Source: Octopus vulgaris
Lineage: Eukaryota
Reading direction: 5' to 3'
Length of the DNA: 64,000 nucleotides
Assembly: GCA_951406725.2 (NCBI GenBank)
Contig: OX597840.1
Location: 36,704,001-36,768,000 of the forward strand
The notes under the pieces are model-generated. The model was not told the DNA's origin, did no database searches, and saw only the letters and a program-made list of their open reading frames with translations. Of this stretch, positions 26,410 to 40,106 are shown piece by piece (position 1 is the first letter of the stretch; every line of letters starts with the position of its first letter). The translations under genes were made by a program, and so were the position numbers.

Positions 26410-29211
26410 CTTTAAACAACACGCCAAGTGAAATATTGTAAACTAAATTCTCGACATAGTATTTGGATGGTATCTGCAGAAATATTTTTTAATAAAAGCA
26501 TATTTTCGGAACGTGGTGCACCCTGGTGGGCCAACTATTGGGTAGGGTGGTGGTGGTGGTGGTGGACAAAATCCTTTCTTGATCAAAATCGAAGAGTAAA
26601 GAAGAAGGTGAACAGAATATACACGTCTCATATCTTCTTCTTTCCCATATGTTACAAAGATCTTAAAATTTCATCCTTATATCAATACATCAACATGGCG
26701 TAAGTCGGGGAAAATAAATTACGCTAAATTAAACATTTTTATAAAAGTAAAACAAATTACCACCATTTTGATCCCCCCTCACTCCGCACTTATTACGCAC
26801 ACACACACTTATTCCACGCATTTACACACACGCATGTATAGAATATAGTTCCCCGTGGCGGTCTGTGAAACCCGGGAAGCATGTTCATTGTTGTCACCAG
26901 GTGGCGTTAAAGATCAGACTCAGGTCAGTTTTAACTGTCTTCCATTGTTCAGAAATTCGTTCAACTGACTTTAGTCAATTTATATAACTTGGTTACTATT
27001 TATATTTTCTGTTTTAGATTTTCAAAACCCGAAATATAATATTTGTCTACCAAATGTTTGGATAACCTTAGTTGATAAATGTTGTCTAACTCAATACACA
27101 GGTGTCAATCACTTGTCTTGGGTTTAACCAAGGCTGTTAGTAAAACATACAAGAAAAAAACAAACAGACACTTGTTCCATACGCCATTTAGAGGAACGGA
27201 AACCAGGACATAATTTCGAAACAAACACCTTTGAGACTCAGCCATTCCTACAACCAATTATTAACGCATAAATAAAGTCCTACACAACCTTATGGCCACA
27301 CATACACGCTCGTATAAACACGGAAATGAAGTACAGACTTGAATACGTAGAGCGAAGACAGGTAGTAATTGAAGAATAGTTGTTTTTGCAGCGGTGTTCG
27401 TGTCAATCATGTGTCATGTGATTCCCGTCTCTGCTTCTATTGTGTTCTTCGGTCTTATTTTAGGGAGAAGCGCACCAGTATTATTCATGGTTTAATGCGA
27501 AACAGGAAGTGAAACTTTGAATCCAGTTAAGGTTTAATGTTCGGCATCGCAATCAATGAAAATGGCTTTCATAAAAGACAAATGAGAACAGTTGTTGTTG
27601 TTGTTATTTAACCTTCTGTCTGTCTTTAAGCAACAAAATTATGATTAAAGATCTTTCGGCTGTGACTAACCATAGAATATTCAACAGTGTTTGTAGGACC
27701 ACGCGTGTATGTTTTATATTCGTTTTTAACTCTTTTAGGTAAGTGCTGCGTAACTTCGGAGTTGAAGGACATTCTCACTGTTATGGTTAACAGGTTGATA
27801 GTCCATGTAAAGTATTCTACACCGCTGTTTTTATGAATACCGAGTTTATTTTACTAGGATTAAAGCCGTCTTTTCGCATCTTTTCTCTCTTTTACTCTCT
27901 CTCTCTCTCTCTCTCTTTATGAATGTTGATTACCGAAGGGGCTAATGAAATAAGGAATGTGTATTAATATAGTTCATTATACTCGTTCCTACAGAGTCTT
28001 GTGCCTATATTAGAGATAGCACTTAATTTTCCCTTGGCTTTCGCCGCAATGAAACATATGGGAGACAACTTCAGTCGAACGCGATTCAGCTCTTCTGAAG
28101 GACTCGTTAGTGTAATGTGGCCTTTCTGCAAAATGATTTATCGTGTAAATTGTTAAACGTATTAAACTATGCAGATGGCGATGTGGATTAGGATCAATAT
28201 CGATAGATTACATCTGCTATTGATGCCTGTTTCATGACTCGTTGTTGTTAGTGGAACAATAAAAATACGCAAGACTTTTCTCAAGTTTCAAATGTGAGAT
28301 TATATTCGTTATCTACATTCCAACGATGAAGCTTTGTATCTTTGTTAGAAACCAGTTCCTTCCTCAGAGGAAGTTATATAATTAAAAGTAGCAGAGAACA
28401 TACACAAACACATACATACATACATACACATACATACATACATACACACACACATACTTACATGCACATACACACACACACGCACCCACATATATACTCA
28501 ATATCATCGTAGAATTTCATGTATTGTATTTTTGTGGAATGTCTCTTGCTTGGTTCTTGAGGCAAGCTACAATCGAAGATAATGATGGAACTTTCACACA
28601 CAGACGCACACACACACACACACAAACAAGATTCGCGTCATAGGGTGAGAGGGTGGAGCGGAAATGAGATAAAGGGAAAAAGAAGAGAAGCATAAAGGAA
28701 AGAAGGAAGAAAATGCAAAAAAGCAAAAGACAGAAGGAAAGAAAACAAAGACCCAGAGCAGCTCACAGTAGCAAGAGACTGACTCAACAAAAAGCGAAAC
28801 ATTAGACACACATCTATTTACACACGTAAAAGCATATGTGTGTGTGTGAGTGTGTGTTGTGCGTGTACGTGTGATCATAAGTGTGTGTGTGTGTACGTAT
28901 GTTCGTATGTGTGTGTGTGTATGTGTAAGCATGGTCGTATGTGTATGTGAGTGTGTGTGTACGTGTGTTCGTATGTGTGTGTGTGTATGTATGTATGTTA
29001 GCATGTGTATGTGTGTGTACGTGTACGTATGTTCGTATGTGTATGTGAGTGTGTGTGTGTGTACGTGTGTTCGTATGTGTGTGTGTGTACGTGTGTTCGT
29101 ATGTGTGTGTGTGCGTGTGTACGTATGTTCGTACGTATGTGTATGTGTAGTGTGTTCGTATGTGTGTGTGTGTGTATGTATGTTCGTATGTGTATGTGAG
29201 TGTGTGTGTGT

Positions 29212-29248
<37 letters not shown>

Positions 29249-29570
29249 GTCAGTCAGTATGTTTCTGTTTCGGCTTTGAAGCCTCCACGTGGTTACTAAG
29301 CAAATTTCTTAAGCACACAGCCATGGCTGAACACGTGACACATTTATTTAAAAAACAATAAACGACACAATAATGTTACGTGTCAGAGAAAGAAGAGAAA
29401 GAAGAACAAAAAAATATTGTGTTTCAAAATATATAGCAACAGAAATTGAAACAATAATAAAAATACAAAAAAGACAAAAAAAAAAGACAACAACAACAGT
29501 AACAAACTAAGAAAGCAATGACGTAGAGACATGACCATAAATAGAGTGAAAGTGATCTGAACAGACTTAC

Positions 29571-29670
29571 TTGTTCATAAGTGACAATACACTCTGCTAT
29601 AAAAGTTGCCACATAAAAACGTTTGAAAGCAACTCACCTGTGAAGAAAAAAGAAGAAGAAAGAGTGAAAT
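29571..29670 (-). other. Candidate recursive splice site with 67-nt RS-exon
   Basis: Minus strand TTTCACTCTTTCTTCTTCTTTTTTCTTCACAG|GTGAGT (junction 29638/29637); downstream donor CAA|GTAAGT at 29571/29570. Confidence 0.55.
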
Positions 29671-29727
29671 ATTAATAGAGTCACGATTTCTTCAGCAGGA
29701 AAACAATACACACATCTATATACGTAC

Positions 29728-30095
<368 letters not shown>

Positions 30096-30415
30096 TTGGT
30101 GTAGAGTATAAACAGTGATTTTAATGTCGATTTTTGCGTTGTTATTTTTTTTCTGCTCGCAGTTTCACGAGTTTCGATATTCACGTAACTCACTTCTGCA
30201 ATACGACATAAATGTTTATAGCAATGATCATGTGCGCGGGCGAGGAGATGGGGTCATTGAACTGGAAACAAAAAGAGACAACTACAAATATATAAACATA
30301 TATGTATATATATATAAATATATAGACACACACACACATACACACACACATACACACACACATATAAGCATACATATCATACATTTATATACATATATGC
30401 AAAATCACTGGTGAT

Positions 30416-30570
30416 CTAGCGATGCCCGGATACGGTTGGGAGCTTGCCTCCCTTGTCAGTCATTCCTAAGATAAATGCTTTCTCATGGCTATGAATTGTT
30501 TTAACTCTTATTTCTAGCAATACTGGTGCTGAATAATGCCCTTAGTCACAGTAGTGACGTATATCTATCT
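30416..30570 (-). mobile_element. Possible short non-autonomous Helitron
   Basis: On the plus strand CTAG is followed by the GC hairpin CCCGG...TTGGG, i.e. a minus-strand hairpin+CTAG terminus. Confidence 0.4.
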
Positions 30571-30729
30571 ATCTATCAGTCTGTCTGTCTGTCTGATTGT
30601 CTGTCTGTCTGTCTGTCTGTCTATTTAATATTAGTCAATATAAATCTTGGTTCGTTGGTTATTTTCTCCAGGCATGATTTATGTGGGTGAGAGAGATAGA
30701 GAGAGAGAGAGAGAGATGATTATTCAGTT

Positions 30730-31290
30730 TAGGAATTAGTTCTACATGTGTCTAAGTTTTTAGTCGGTGCCCTCATGAGAGAAAATTCGTGTTGTGCAGA
30801 TGTGTTTCCCCGCTTGCTGAGTAGCGACTGGAAATCGTATAAAAAGCGTTCCTTTTCTGAACAGAGGGTTTTCGCTTCAATGAATTTCGTTTCAGGGTAT
30901 TCTTCTGCTGCACGACAACGCCCGCCCTCATATCGCCAATATGACCAAGGAAGCCATTCAAACGCATGGCTGGGAAGTGCTGCCACACCCGCCGTACTCT
31001 CCTGATTTGGCACCAATGGATTTCCACCTCTTTCGATCTCTTTCAAATGCTATGCGCGGAGTTTCGTTCAATACTGATGCCGAATTCAGAGCTTGGTTGG
31101 ATCAATTTTTCAAGTCGAAATCGGGTGATTTCAACCAACGAGGGATTGAAAATCTTGTTGAACGTTGGGAAGAAGTTGTAAACAACAAGGGTGAATACAT
31201 TATTGATTAATTAATTGTTATTTTTTTCATTAAACCTTTTAAAAGATTTAAATAAAAAAAAACGGCGGGAATTTAGTTACGAACCCAATA
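30730..31290 (+). mobile_element. Truncated/internally deleted mariner element; transposase C-terminus 30896-31210 and right TIR
   Basis: GILLLHDNARPH...GWEVLPHPPYSPDLAPMDFHLF...WEEVVNNKGEY; ends CGGCGGGAATTTAGTTACGAACCCAATA+TA. Confidence 0.9.
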
Positions 31291-31829
31291 TATATACATG
31301 CTTGTGTGTGTGTATGTATGTAGGCATATATGAGAGAGAGAGAGAGAAAGAGAAAGAGAGAGAGAGGGAGAGAGAGTAAAGTATAACTTGAGTTTGGTGT
31401 CGCACCACATATTTTGATTCGTTAAACTTTAAAAAAATAATAAAAAATACGTATCTGATGAAAAAAAAAAAAAGGTTTCCGAAGGAGTAGATTGCAATTA
31501 TTCTGACAGAATTTAGAAAATTAATGATAACTTACGCATATTGCAAATACAGAAATTATAAATTTGTCGTATGTAATTTTATTTTAAGGTAATAAATATT
31601 TTTCTTTTGAAAATTAGCATTCATTTCATCAGTTCGTATAATCAACGAGAAATTTTATAAAAGTTACATCGTAATAATTGTATGTATGCTGCATTCCTTG
31701 TTGTGACATATTGTGTTAAGAGTATGCTTTCGAAGTTAGCCTCCATATGCCTGCCTGCCTGCCTACCTACCTACCTATATACCTACCAAAATCTATCTAT
31801 CTATCTCTCTGTCTATCTATCTATCTATC

Positions 31830-32005
31830 TCTTTTATCTTTGACTTGTTTTAGTGATTAGACTGCGGCCATGCTAGGGCACCACTCCGAGGAATTCTAAT
31901 CCACCCCAGCACTTATTTCATTTTTGATCCTGGTACTTACACTATCGGACTCTTTTGGCGAACCGCTAGAGTGTGTTGACGTAAATACATCAACAGCGGT
32001 TGTCA
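31830..32005 (-). mobile_element. SINE family A tail fragment
   Basis: ACTGCGGCCATGCT.G.GCACC...CTATCGG..TCTTTTG.CGAACCGCTA. Confidence 0.75.
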
Positions 32006-32566
32006 CACACACACACACACACACATTACTAAACTTGCCCCAACCCCACCCCAATATACGTATGCCAGACATGTATCTTTAGTCAACATCTTGAAAAAGA
32101 TTTCAGGAACAAACAGAAAAAAGGCTACAAACTCAACCCCACCACCTTATACAAAATATATTAAAAAAATTTAAAAAACTCCTTTTCTTCGAGAGACAGA
32201 CATTGTTATTATCAACACCATTATCATCGGAAAGAACGTAGAAGATCAGTAAAAATGACGTTTTAAGTTCTAATCGCGTGAGAGTCAACTTCGCCTTTTA
32301 TCCGTTTTGAATCGATAAATTTAAGTACGAGTCACGTACTTGGGTCGATGATATTGGCGAACAGTCTCTCCTCAGATCTGTTGACTTACGGCCTCAATCA
32401 ATATTCGAAATAAAGGGAGGTAGCAGAATCGTTAGAGTGACGAAGAAAATGCTAGAATTTCTCATAGTGTTATACGTTCCATGAGTTCAAATCACACCGA
32501 TGTCAACTTTGCATTTCAGGCCCAAGTACCCGTTGAATGGTACTTAGTACCAGTTGAATGGTACGT

Positions 32567-32941
32567 GGAGGCGCAATGGCCCAGTGGTTAGGGCAGCGGA
32601 CTCGTGGTCGTAGGATCGCGGTTTCGATTCCCAGACTGGGCGTTGTGAGTGTTTATTGAGCGAAAGCATCTAAAGCTCCACGAGGCTCCAGCAGGGGGTG
32701 GTGGTGAACCCTGCTGTATTCTTTCACCACAACTTTCACTTTCTTCCTCTCTCTGTTGTACCTGTATTTCAAAGGGGCCAGCTTTGTCACACTCTGTGTC
32801 ACGCTGAATATCCCCCGAGAACTACGTTAAGGGTACACGTGTCTGTGGAATGCTCAGCCACTTGCGGGTTAATTTCACGAGCAAGCTGTTCCGTTGATCG
32901 GATCAACTTGAACCCTCGACGTCGTAACCGACGGAGAGCCA
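32567..32941 (+). mobile_element. SINE family C full length (H1+T1)
   Basis: GGAGGCGCAATGGCCCAGTGGTTAGGG...GTCGTAACCGACGGAG.GCCA. Confidence 0.9.
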
Positions 32942-33678
32942 ACACATAAAAAAAGAAGAAAAAAACCCATTTGAATGCTAAGGTCAATTAATGAGGACTT
33001 GAACCTTCCCATCAAATTACTGGTTTTTGTGCCAAATTTCAAACAACTGAAGACGAACAAGATTCATGGCTGTATTCCTTCTGGTCTTTTACTTTCTGAG
33101 TTCAAATTCCACCCAAGGTCGTCATTTGTCTTTGATCCTTGCGCTGTCGATAAAATAACTCTCAGTTGGACGGGTGTACTTATTTGCCCCGCCCTTCAAA
33201 ATCTGTGGTTTTGTACACAAATTACAAAGACATTTCTATTATTGTTGGTGTTGTATATTTCTGGCGATTGTTTTTCCTTTCTTTATTCTCCTTCCTACAC
33301 CACACACACACAAACAAACACAAACACTTACGTATATATATTTAAGTATTCCGTATTCCGCTGCTTGAATATTTGATTTCCCCCGCCTCTTCCCCTCTCC
33401 CCTCCCCTTCTCTCACATTTTCTTCCTTCAAGAGAAATTGAGAGGAAGCTGGCGGATGGCCACACATTTCTTATTCATCACGAGTTGAAAATTACTAAAG
33501 AGAGGATAGAGAGAGAGAAAGAGACAGTGACAAAGTAAAACTGTGTGTGTGTGAGTGTGTGTGTGTGTGTGTATAAGGGAGAGATATAAAAGCCGAAAGA
33601 GAGACAGAAAGAATTAAAGAGAAGGATACATGTGTTCGTTTGTTTGAGTATGTGTGTGTGTATGTATATATATTTCTT

Positions 33679-33713
<35 letters not shown>

Positions 33714-33757
33714 TGAGAAGCAGGAAGAGAATATGAAAGTGATAGACAGAAGCGCAT

Positions 33758-33802
<45 letters not shown>

Positions 33803-33851
33803 CATACATATATATATATGTATGCGCACACACATATGTCTGTGTGTATGC

Positions 33852-33888
<37 letters not shown>

Positions 33889-34624
33889 TACACACACATG
33901 TGTATGTGTTTGTATGTTAAACGTTTCTATGAGCGTGTTTTCGTATGCGTGTGTGTTATTTGTGCGTATATAGGCAGAGAGAAAGAGAGAGATAGAGAGA
34001 GAGAGATAGAGAGAGAGAGAAAGAGAGAGTGAAGGAGAGTGGGAAGGAGATGCTACAATCAAATACATTCTTTTGGAAAGCTTTCTTCAGTGAGGACAAC
34101 GATCACCTCAGTGTAGAAAGTATTGGGAAAAGATCGTTGAGGTTCCGTGATCTGAGGTGAGAGATCAGCGACCTGAAATTCTTAGCAGGGATCTCGGAAA
34201 GCAGGATATATTAATCATTTGATAAATACTGGATTTCTGGACCCCACGCTGCCCTCATTCACTTTGACTACAGGCTTTGCAAAGTATGCAAGAATACGAT
34301 AAAAATACGAATAAAAACTGGATGAATATTTCATCTATTATTCTTTAGTTTTCTCTTTCACTTTACACGTATCTTTCTCCATGTATATATACATGTGTAA
34401 GTGTGTGTGTATATATGCGTGCATTTATTTTAAATAATCTGAATGTGACTTCGTAGTGTCGCCAAGGAAGTATTATCAAACGTTTTTATAGAGCTTCCTT
34501 GGAGAAACTTCGAAACTGCCACCAGCAATATTTAACAGAAATAAATATTTGAATCCATATTGTAGGCTGTTCTTTTCTTTTATGTGATGTTTGTTAGACT
34601 TTAATAACAAGTTGTTGCTAATAA

Positions 34625-34842
34625 TGCTTTCTAACTTTGTCGCCAGGCCAGCAACTTTGAGGGGTGGCGGTAGGAGCAAGTCGATTACATCGATCTCAGA
34701 GCTTGACTGATTCTTAATTTATCAGTGCCGAAAGAATAAATGGTAAAGTCGACTTCGATAGAATTTGAAATCAGAACGTGATGAGTCGAAAGAAATGCTG
34801 TGAACGATCTTCGACCCTCTAATGTCTCTACCGGCTCGCCGC
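34625..34842 (-). mobile_element. SINE family B, diverged
   Basis: AAAGTCGACTTCGA..GAATTTGAA.TCAGAACGT...CCGGCTCGCCGC. Confidence 0.7.
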
Positions 34843-34873
34843 GGAAATAACGATACTAATGATATGCAAGTGA

Positions 34874-35110
34874 AGGCCTGTGGCTTAGTGGTTAGGGTGT
34901 TGAACTCATGATGGTAAGGTTGTGGTTTCGATTCCTGGACCGGACCGGGCGATGCGTTGTGTCCTTGAGCAAAACACTTCATTTTCACGTTGCTCCAGTC
35001 AACTCAGCTGGCAAAAATGAATAATCCAGCGACGGACCGGCGTCCGTCGGGGGGTGGGGGGTGTCTACGGAAAACCGGCCCTTATGAGCCTGGCATGGCT
35101 CGAGAAGGAA
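34874..35110 (+). mobile_element. tRNA-derived SINE, head H2 + tail T3
   Basis: GTGGCTTAGTGGTTAGGG, GTTTCGATTCC, GCGTTGTGTCCTTGAGCAAAACACTT. Confidence 0.8.
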
Positions 35111-35919
35111 CATTTCTGTTTTTTTTTTAATGATATGCAAACTTCAGCTGATCTTTGTAGAGTCCCAATAACTGTTGAGGAAGGAGTATTTTCTGGCCTT
35201 TAAGAGACGGACCAGTCGTGGGGCGATGGGTCAGCTGCTATGTAACAGGGAGACCCAAGCTTTGGAAGATTTTGAGGACTGTATTTGTGCGCGGTTTATG
35301 AATAGGGGTAAGGTGGTGATAATGCTTTCACGACACGAGTAACATTGGAGAAGAGAAATTTGGTATAACCACCCTGGAGGATACCCTCGGGGTATCTGAT
35401 CGCGAACTCCTTGAGTGTGTAATTTGTGAAGGACATGAGAGTGGGCGTTGTGGTGACACGATGGGAAGTGAGTCGATGATGTAACGGAAGGCGACGACAG
35501 TACAGGATAGAACCAAACAGCAAAACACGTCGGAGATGATAAGGTCAGTGATAAAAATAAAAAAGGTCCACCAAACGTGCACTCATACAGTGTTCTCTGG
35601 TAGGAAGCTAACGGGGAGATGAAGGACGAGAGGAACTCATATTCAGGTACACGCGCGTGAGCGCACACAGCTAGCCCCCCCACCACCACCACCACATGGA
35701 TGCCAACACACACACACACACACAGTCTTCGCTTACGTGATCAGATAAGACACTTGAGACACCGAGAGAACCAAGAAAAAGAGAGAGAAAGAAATACAGG
35801 GTGGGGGGAGACAGAGTGAAAGAGAAGGAGAGCATGGAAAAGTAATCTCAGAATAAATTATTATACTCTACCAATGTATTGAATGGATTTTCTCTTTGCA
35901 AATCCAAGTTTGCATGCAA

Positions 35920-36325
35920 AGCATACATACTCGAAACATACATGCATGAATACAAACATATATATACATACATACATACATACATACACACACACACATG
36001 CATGCATACATAGATACATACATACATATATAAACACATACATACATACATATATACACACATACATAAATACATACATACATGCATGCATGCATACATA
36101 CACACACTCACATACATACATACGTACATACATACATACATACATACATACACGCATGCATACCTACATACATACACACATATATACATACATACATACA
36201 TACATACACGCATGCATACCTACATACATACATACATACATACATACATACATACCTGCATACATACATACATACATACATACACACATACACACATACA
36301 TACATACATACATTACATACATATA
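35920..36325. repeat. (CATA)n compound microsatellite
   Basis: Direct observation. Confidence 0.95.
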
Positions 36326-36780
36326 AATTTCATATCGTGCAATGTAAACACTGGTCAAGAAACCTTATGTGGACATTACATTTGATTAAGCATGACCTGA
36401 ACACCAAATGAGGTTTGTCCAACTCCTCCGACGCCAAACGCTCAATGCCCTCCTACAGCCAAACGACGCCTATTCAAACGCTTTGCCAACAAACTGTCAG
36501 GGGATCTTACAACAACAATTACAATGGCTGCAATAAAAAATGATGTTCTACGAGTTGGCAGATCAAGGAGTACAAACATTAGAAGGGGATTCTCTATGAT
36601 GGCTTTCAAGAGAAGAGTTTTGATTTTTAAACTTATGCCTTAAGACAGACAACATCTCTTTCGTATAAATAATAAAAAATATCCCCCAAGTCTGTTTTTA
36701 ACGAAAGCAAGGACGAATTATAGAACAATGTAAAAAAAATCACCTCATAATGGCAAATTAATGCTTGTTTACTATGTCGT

Positions 36781-37090
36781 TGCTTAATGGTTGGGGGCAT
36801 TTGACTCATGAACATAAGGTCGCGAGTTCAATTCCCGGTGGCGCGTTGTGTCCTTGAGCAAGATACTTTATTTCACATTGCTCCAGTCCACTCAGCTGGC
36901 AAAAGTGAGTAGTACCTGTTTTTCAAAGGACCAGCCTTGTCACACTCTGTGTCACGCTGAATCTCCCCTTGAATTACGTTAACGGTACACGTGTTTGTGG
37001 AATGCTCAGCCATTTGCTCGTCAATTTCACAAGCAAGCTGTTCCGTTGCGTATCAGTTGGAGCCCTCGTCGTCGTAACCGACGGAGTGCT
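36781..37090 (+). mobile_element. Chimeric SINE: head H2 + tail T1
   Basis: First ~130 bp match the 34874 head; 36912-37090 match the 25040-25219 tail. Confidence 0.85.
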
Positions 37091-38837
37091 CCTATACTAT
37101 GTCGTCTCAACAGTTACAAAACAGTTTCTTGGAAATACTAAAATATCACAGAATGGTAAAACAATGAAAGAACTGAACTGCCATTGTGGATTTGGAAAAG
37201 GAAAAAAAAAATCTCTTTGATCGACAGAGAGCTGTCAATCATGTCGTGTTGCCTATGAAATGTAAATAGATTAATGATATACTTTGCACCAACGAAGTGT
37301 GAAAAATAGAATAGAAACAATGTTTGGAAACAGTAAAAACGAGAATAGTTGAATCATGGGTTGGTTATCGTTAAGGAAGAGCTAAAAACCGTCAGTGAAA
37401 AAATTCCGGCATCAGAAAAGGGTAACTGTATGGAAAGAATATAAAGAAATTTCATCAAACCTAATCAACAGTTTACAGAAGTATGAAGGGAAACTCAATA
37501 ATTGTCATAATTTTTAGGAAGATTCTGGAGAGAGGTAAAAAATTTTAAGTTGAGAACAGAGTGGCAACACGAAATCAAAAGCAAACGTTGTCTCTGTATT
37601 AAGCCGCATCAATGTTGAGTTCTTTGAGTTCTGTGATACAAAGACTTGAGATTACAGAGTAGAAGAGAAAACCTTGATTGCCCGACACTGGTAAAAAAAA
37701 TAAATAAAAAAAAATGAGCGTTTTTCGGAGAAATCTTTATGAACCATACCACTAAGTTCTCAGTGGAAATATAAATATACTGGACTGTTTGGCAGAAATA
37801 TTGCCGCTCGCACGGCGAAAAAACCAAAGGTAAATTGCGTGTCGGATGTTTGAGTATAATACAGACTGTTCGATCTTGTACCTTTCAGTTCATAGTTAGG
37901 TGTGTGTGCGTGTTGCTGCATTCACAGTTTTGTCGATATAGTTCTGGGTCCTCCCAGGCAACACGTGATGATATTATTTCTATCACAGTGATAATAATAA
38001 AATCACAGCCGAACAAGCAGCTGAGAAGAAAGGAGTTTGGGGATGGAGAGAGTAACTTTTGATTAACAAAACTGTAACGGTAGAGGTATAACAGGTAAAC
38101 GAGGAAGTTTCTCGCAGTCTGACTGGATTATAAGAATTGCATTTAGTTGTGTTCCTTACTCCATGTTTAATCCAGCTTCGCCAAATAACCAGATGCCATC
38201 ATCAAGGCTGTAGAAAACTTGACGTTGGTCTGTGCCTTATTCTGAGGTAAAATGATGCGACTCTTTGATCACCGAGAGAATACAGTTTCGCAACGATGTA
38301 TTTCGAGGCGACTGGCACTTCTTCGATGCCTTTGGTACTTCCAGTAAATTTCTTAACCATTTTGTTGAGGAAACATTGAAATGTATGCAAGAAAAGCGAA
38401 ACCCTAAAACAACGCATAAGAAGCGAACATATGGATGGTATGAAGAAGATCCTCGGCCTAGTTACGGCAGTACACACACACACACACACACATACACACA
38501 CACACATACGCGAGCACACACATGTACATGCACACACGTATATACACATACATACACGCATCAGTAATCCCACATTAATAAAGGAAGATGTTTTACTGAG
38601 TTGAAACATCTAGCCACGTTGTAGGAAAGCAGCGAATACTGTATACATACATATATACATACACACATACATACACACACACATATATGCGCGAGCGTGT
38701 ATGTGTTTAATATTGAATTGTATTTATTGTGGATTTTGTTTTGGACAGGAATTGCTTTCTCTTTCATCCCCCTCCCTCTCTATCTGTCTCACTCTCTTCG
38801 CATACACCTATCTCTCAGCATGTAGATATTATCCAAT

Positions 38838-38897
<60 letters not shown>

Positions 38898-39509
38898 GAA
38901 TTATACATATGTATAAACTTGTGTTTCACATAAAGGTCTATAAACTTACACACACATACATAGATACATAAACACATACATACGTACATACAGACATAAA
39001 TACATTAACACAAACAGACATACACACATACATATACACATACATACATACATACATACATACATAAACATACATACATAAACATACACACAGATACGCA
39101 CACACATACATACATACATACATAGACACATACATACTTACATACATATATACACACACACACACATACATACACACAAATATACATACACAAACATACA
39201 CATGTATATATATATATGTGTGGACGCATTCCATTATATATTCTTCGCTTCACATCGTGTTGATGTTCCTCTTAATACCGAAGAAGCGAATCGCCAGGAA
39301 GTTCTCTGTGGTTCCAAAGAGCCAGGGTGTTTTTTTGGTTAATGCAGGAACAGAGATGGCAGCGATGCTTTCGACTATTTTTAACGTCTTTTATTTCCTG
39401 CCTCCAACTTCTAAAATATCAACAGATGTAATATGGCAGTGTTACTGCATTAGGTTAGAATTACACACAGGAACACACCCTCCCATTCTCTCCCCCACTC
39501 TTCTCCCTC

Positions 39510-39548
<39 letters not shown>

Positions 39549-39777
39549 GTATGCACGAGCATGTGTGTGCGTGTGTTAGATACATAGTGTGTTAGATACA
39601 TAGATAAAGAGATCTATATTAAGAAGCGCTATTTCAGATTTACTATCTTATCGATCCACTTTCATTCCACACACACACACACACACGTTTGTATACAGAT
39701 ATAGATTCACAAATACGCACACTCACATATATATGTGAGGTGAATGTATACATAAATGAATGCACACATATATATAT

Positions 39778-40106
39778 ACTCTTTTACTCTTTTACTTGTT
39801 TCAGTCATTTGACTGCGGCCATGCTGGAGCACCACCTTTAATCGAGTAACTCGACCCCGAGACTTATTTTTTTTGTAAGCCCAGTACTTATTCTATCGGT
39901 CTCTTTTGCCGAACCACTAAGTAACGGGGACATAAACACACCAGCATCGGTTGTCAAGCAATGCTAGGGGTCAAACACAGACACACAAACACACACACGC
40001 ATATATATATATGTATACATATATACAACAGGCTTCTTTCAATTTCCGTCTACCAAATCCACTCACAAGGCTTTGGTCGGCCCGAGGCTATAGTAGAAGA
40101 CACTTG
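39778..40106 (-). mobile_element. SINE family A, head truncated where the family F element begins
   Basis: Collinear with 1-265; homology stops at GACACTTG. Confidence 0.88.

Noticed and set aside
32525-32564. Short direct repeats (AGTACC.GTTGAATGGTAC x2; also TGTGTTAGATACATAG x2 near 39572) as a CRISPR-like array
   Set aside because: Only two units, no spacer series, eukaryotic context; ordinary slippage duplications.
32567-32640. tRNA gene-like sequences at SINE heads
   Set aside because: A/B boxes are present, but there is no clean acceptor stem and each continues into a repeated SINE body.
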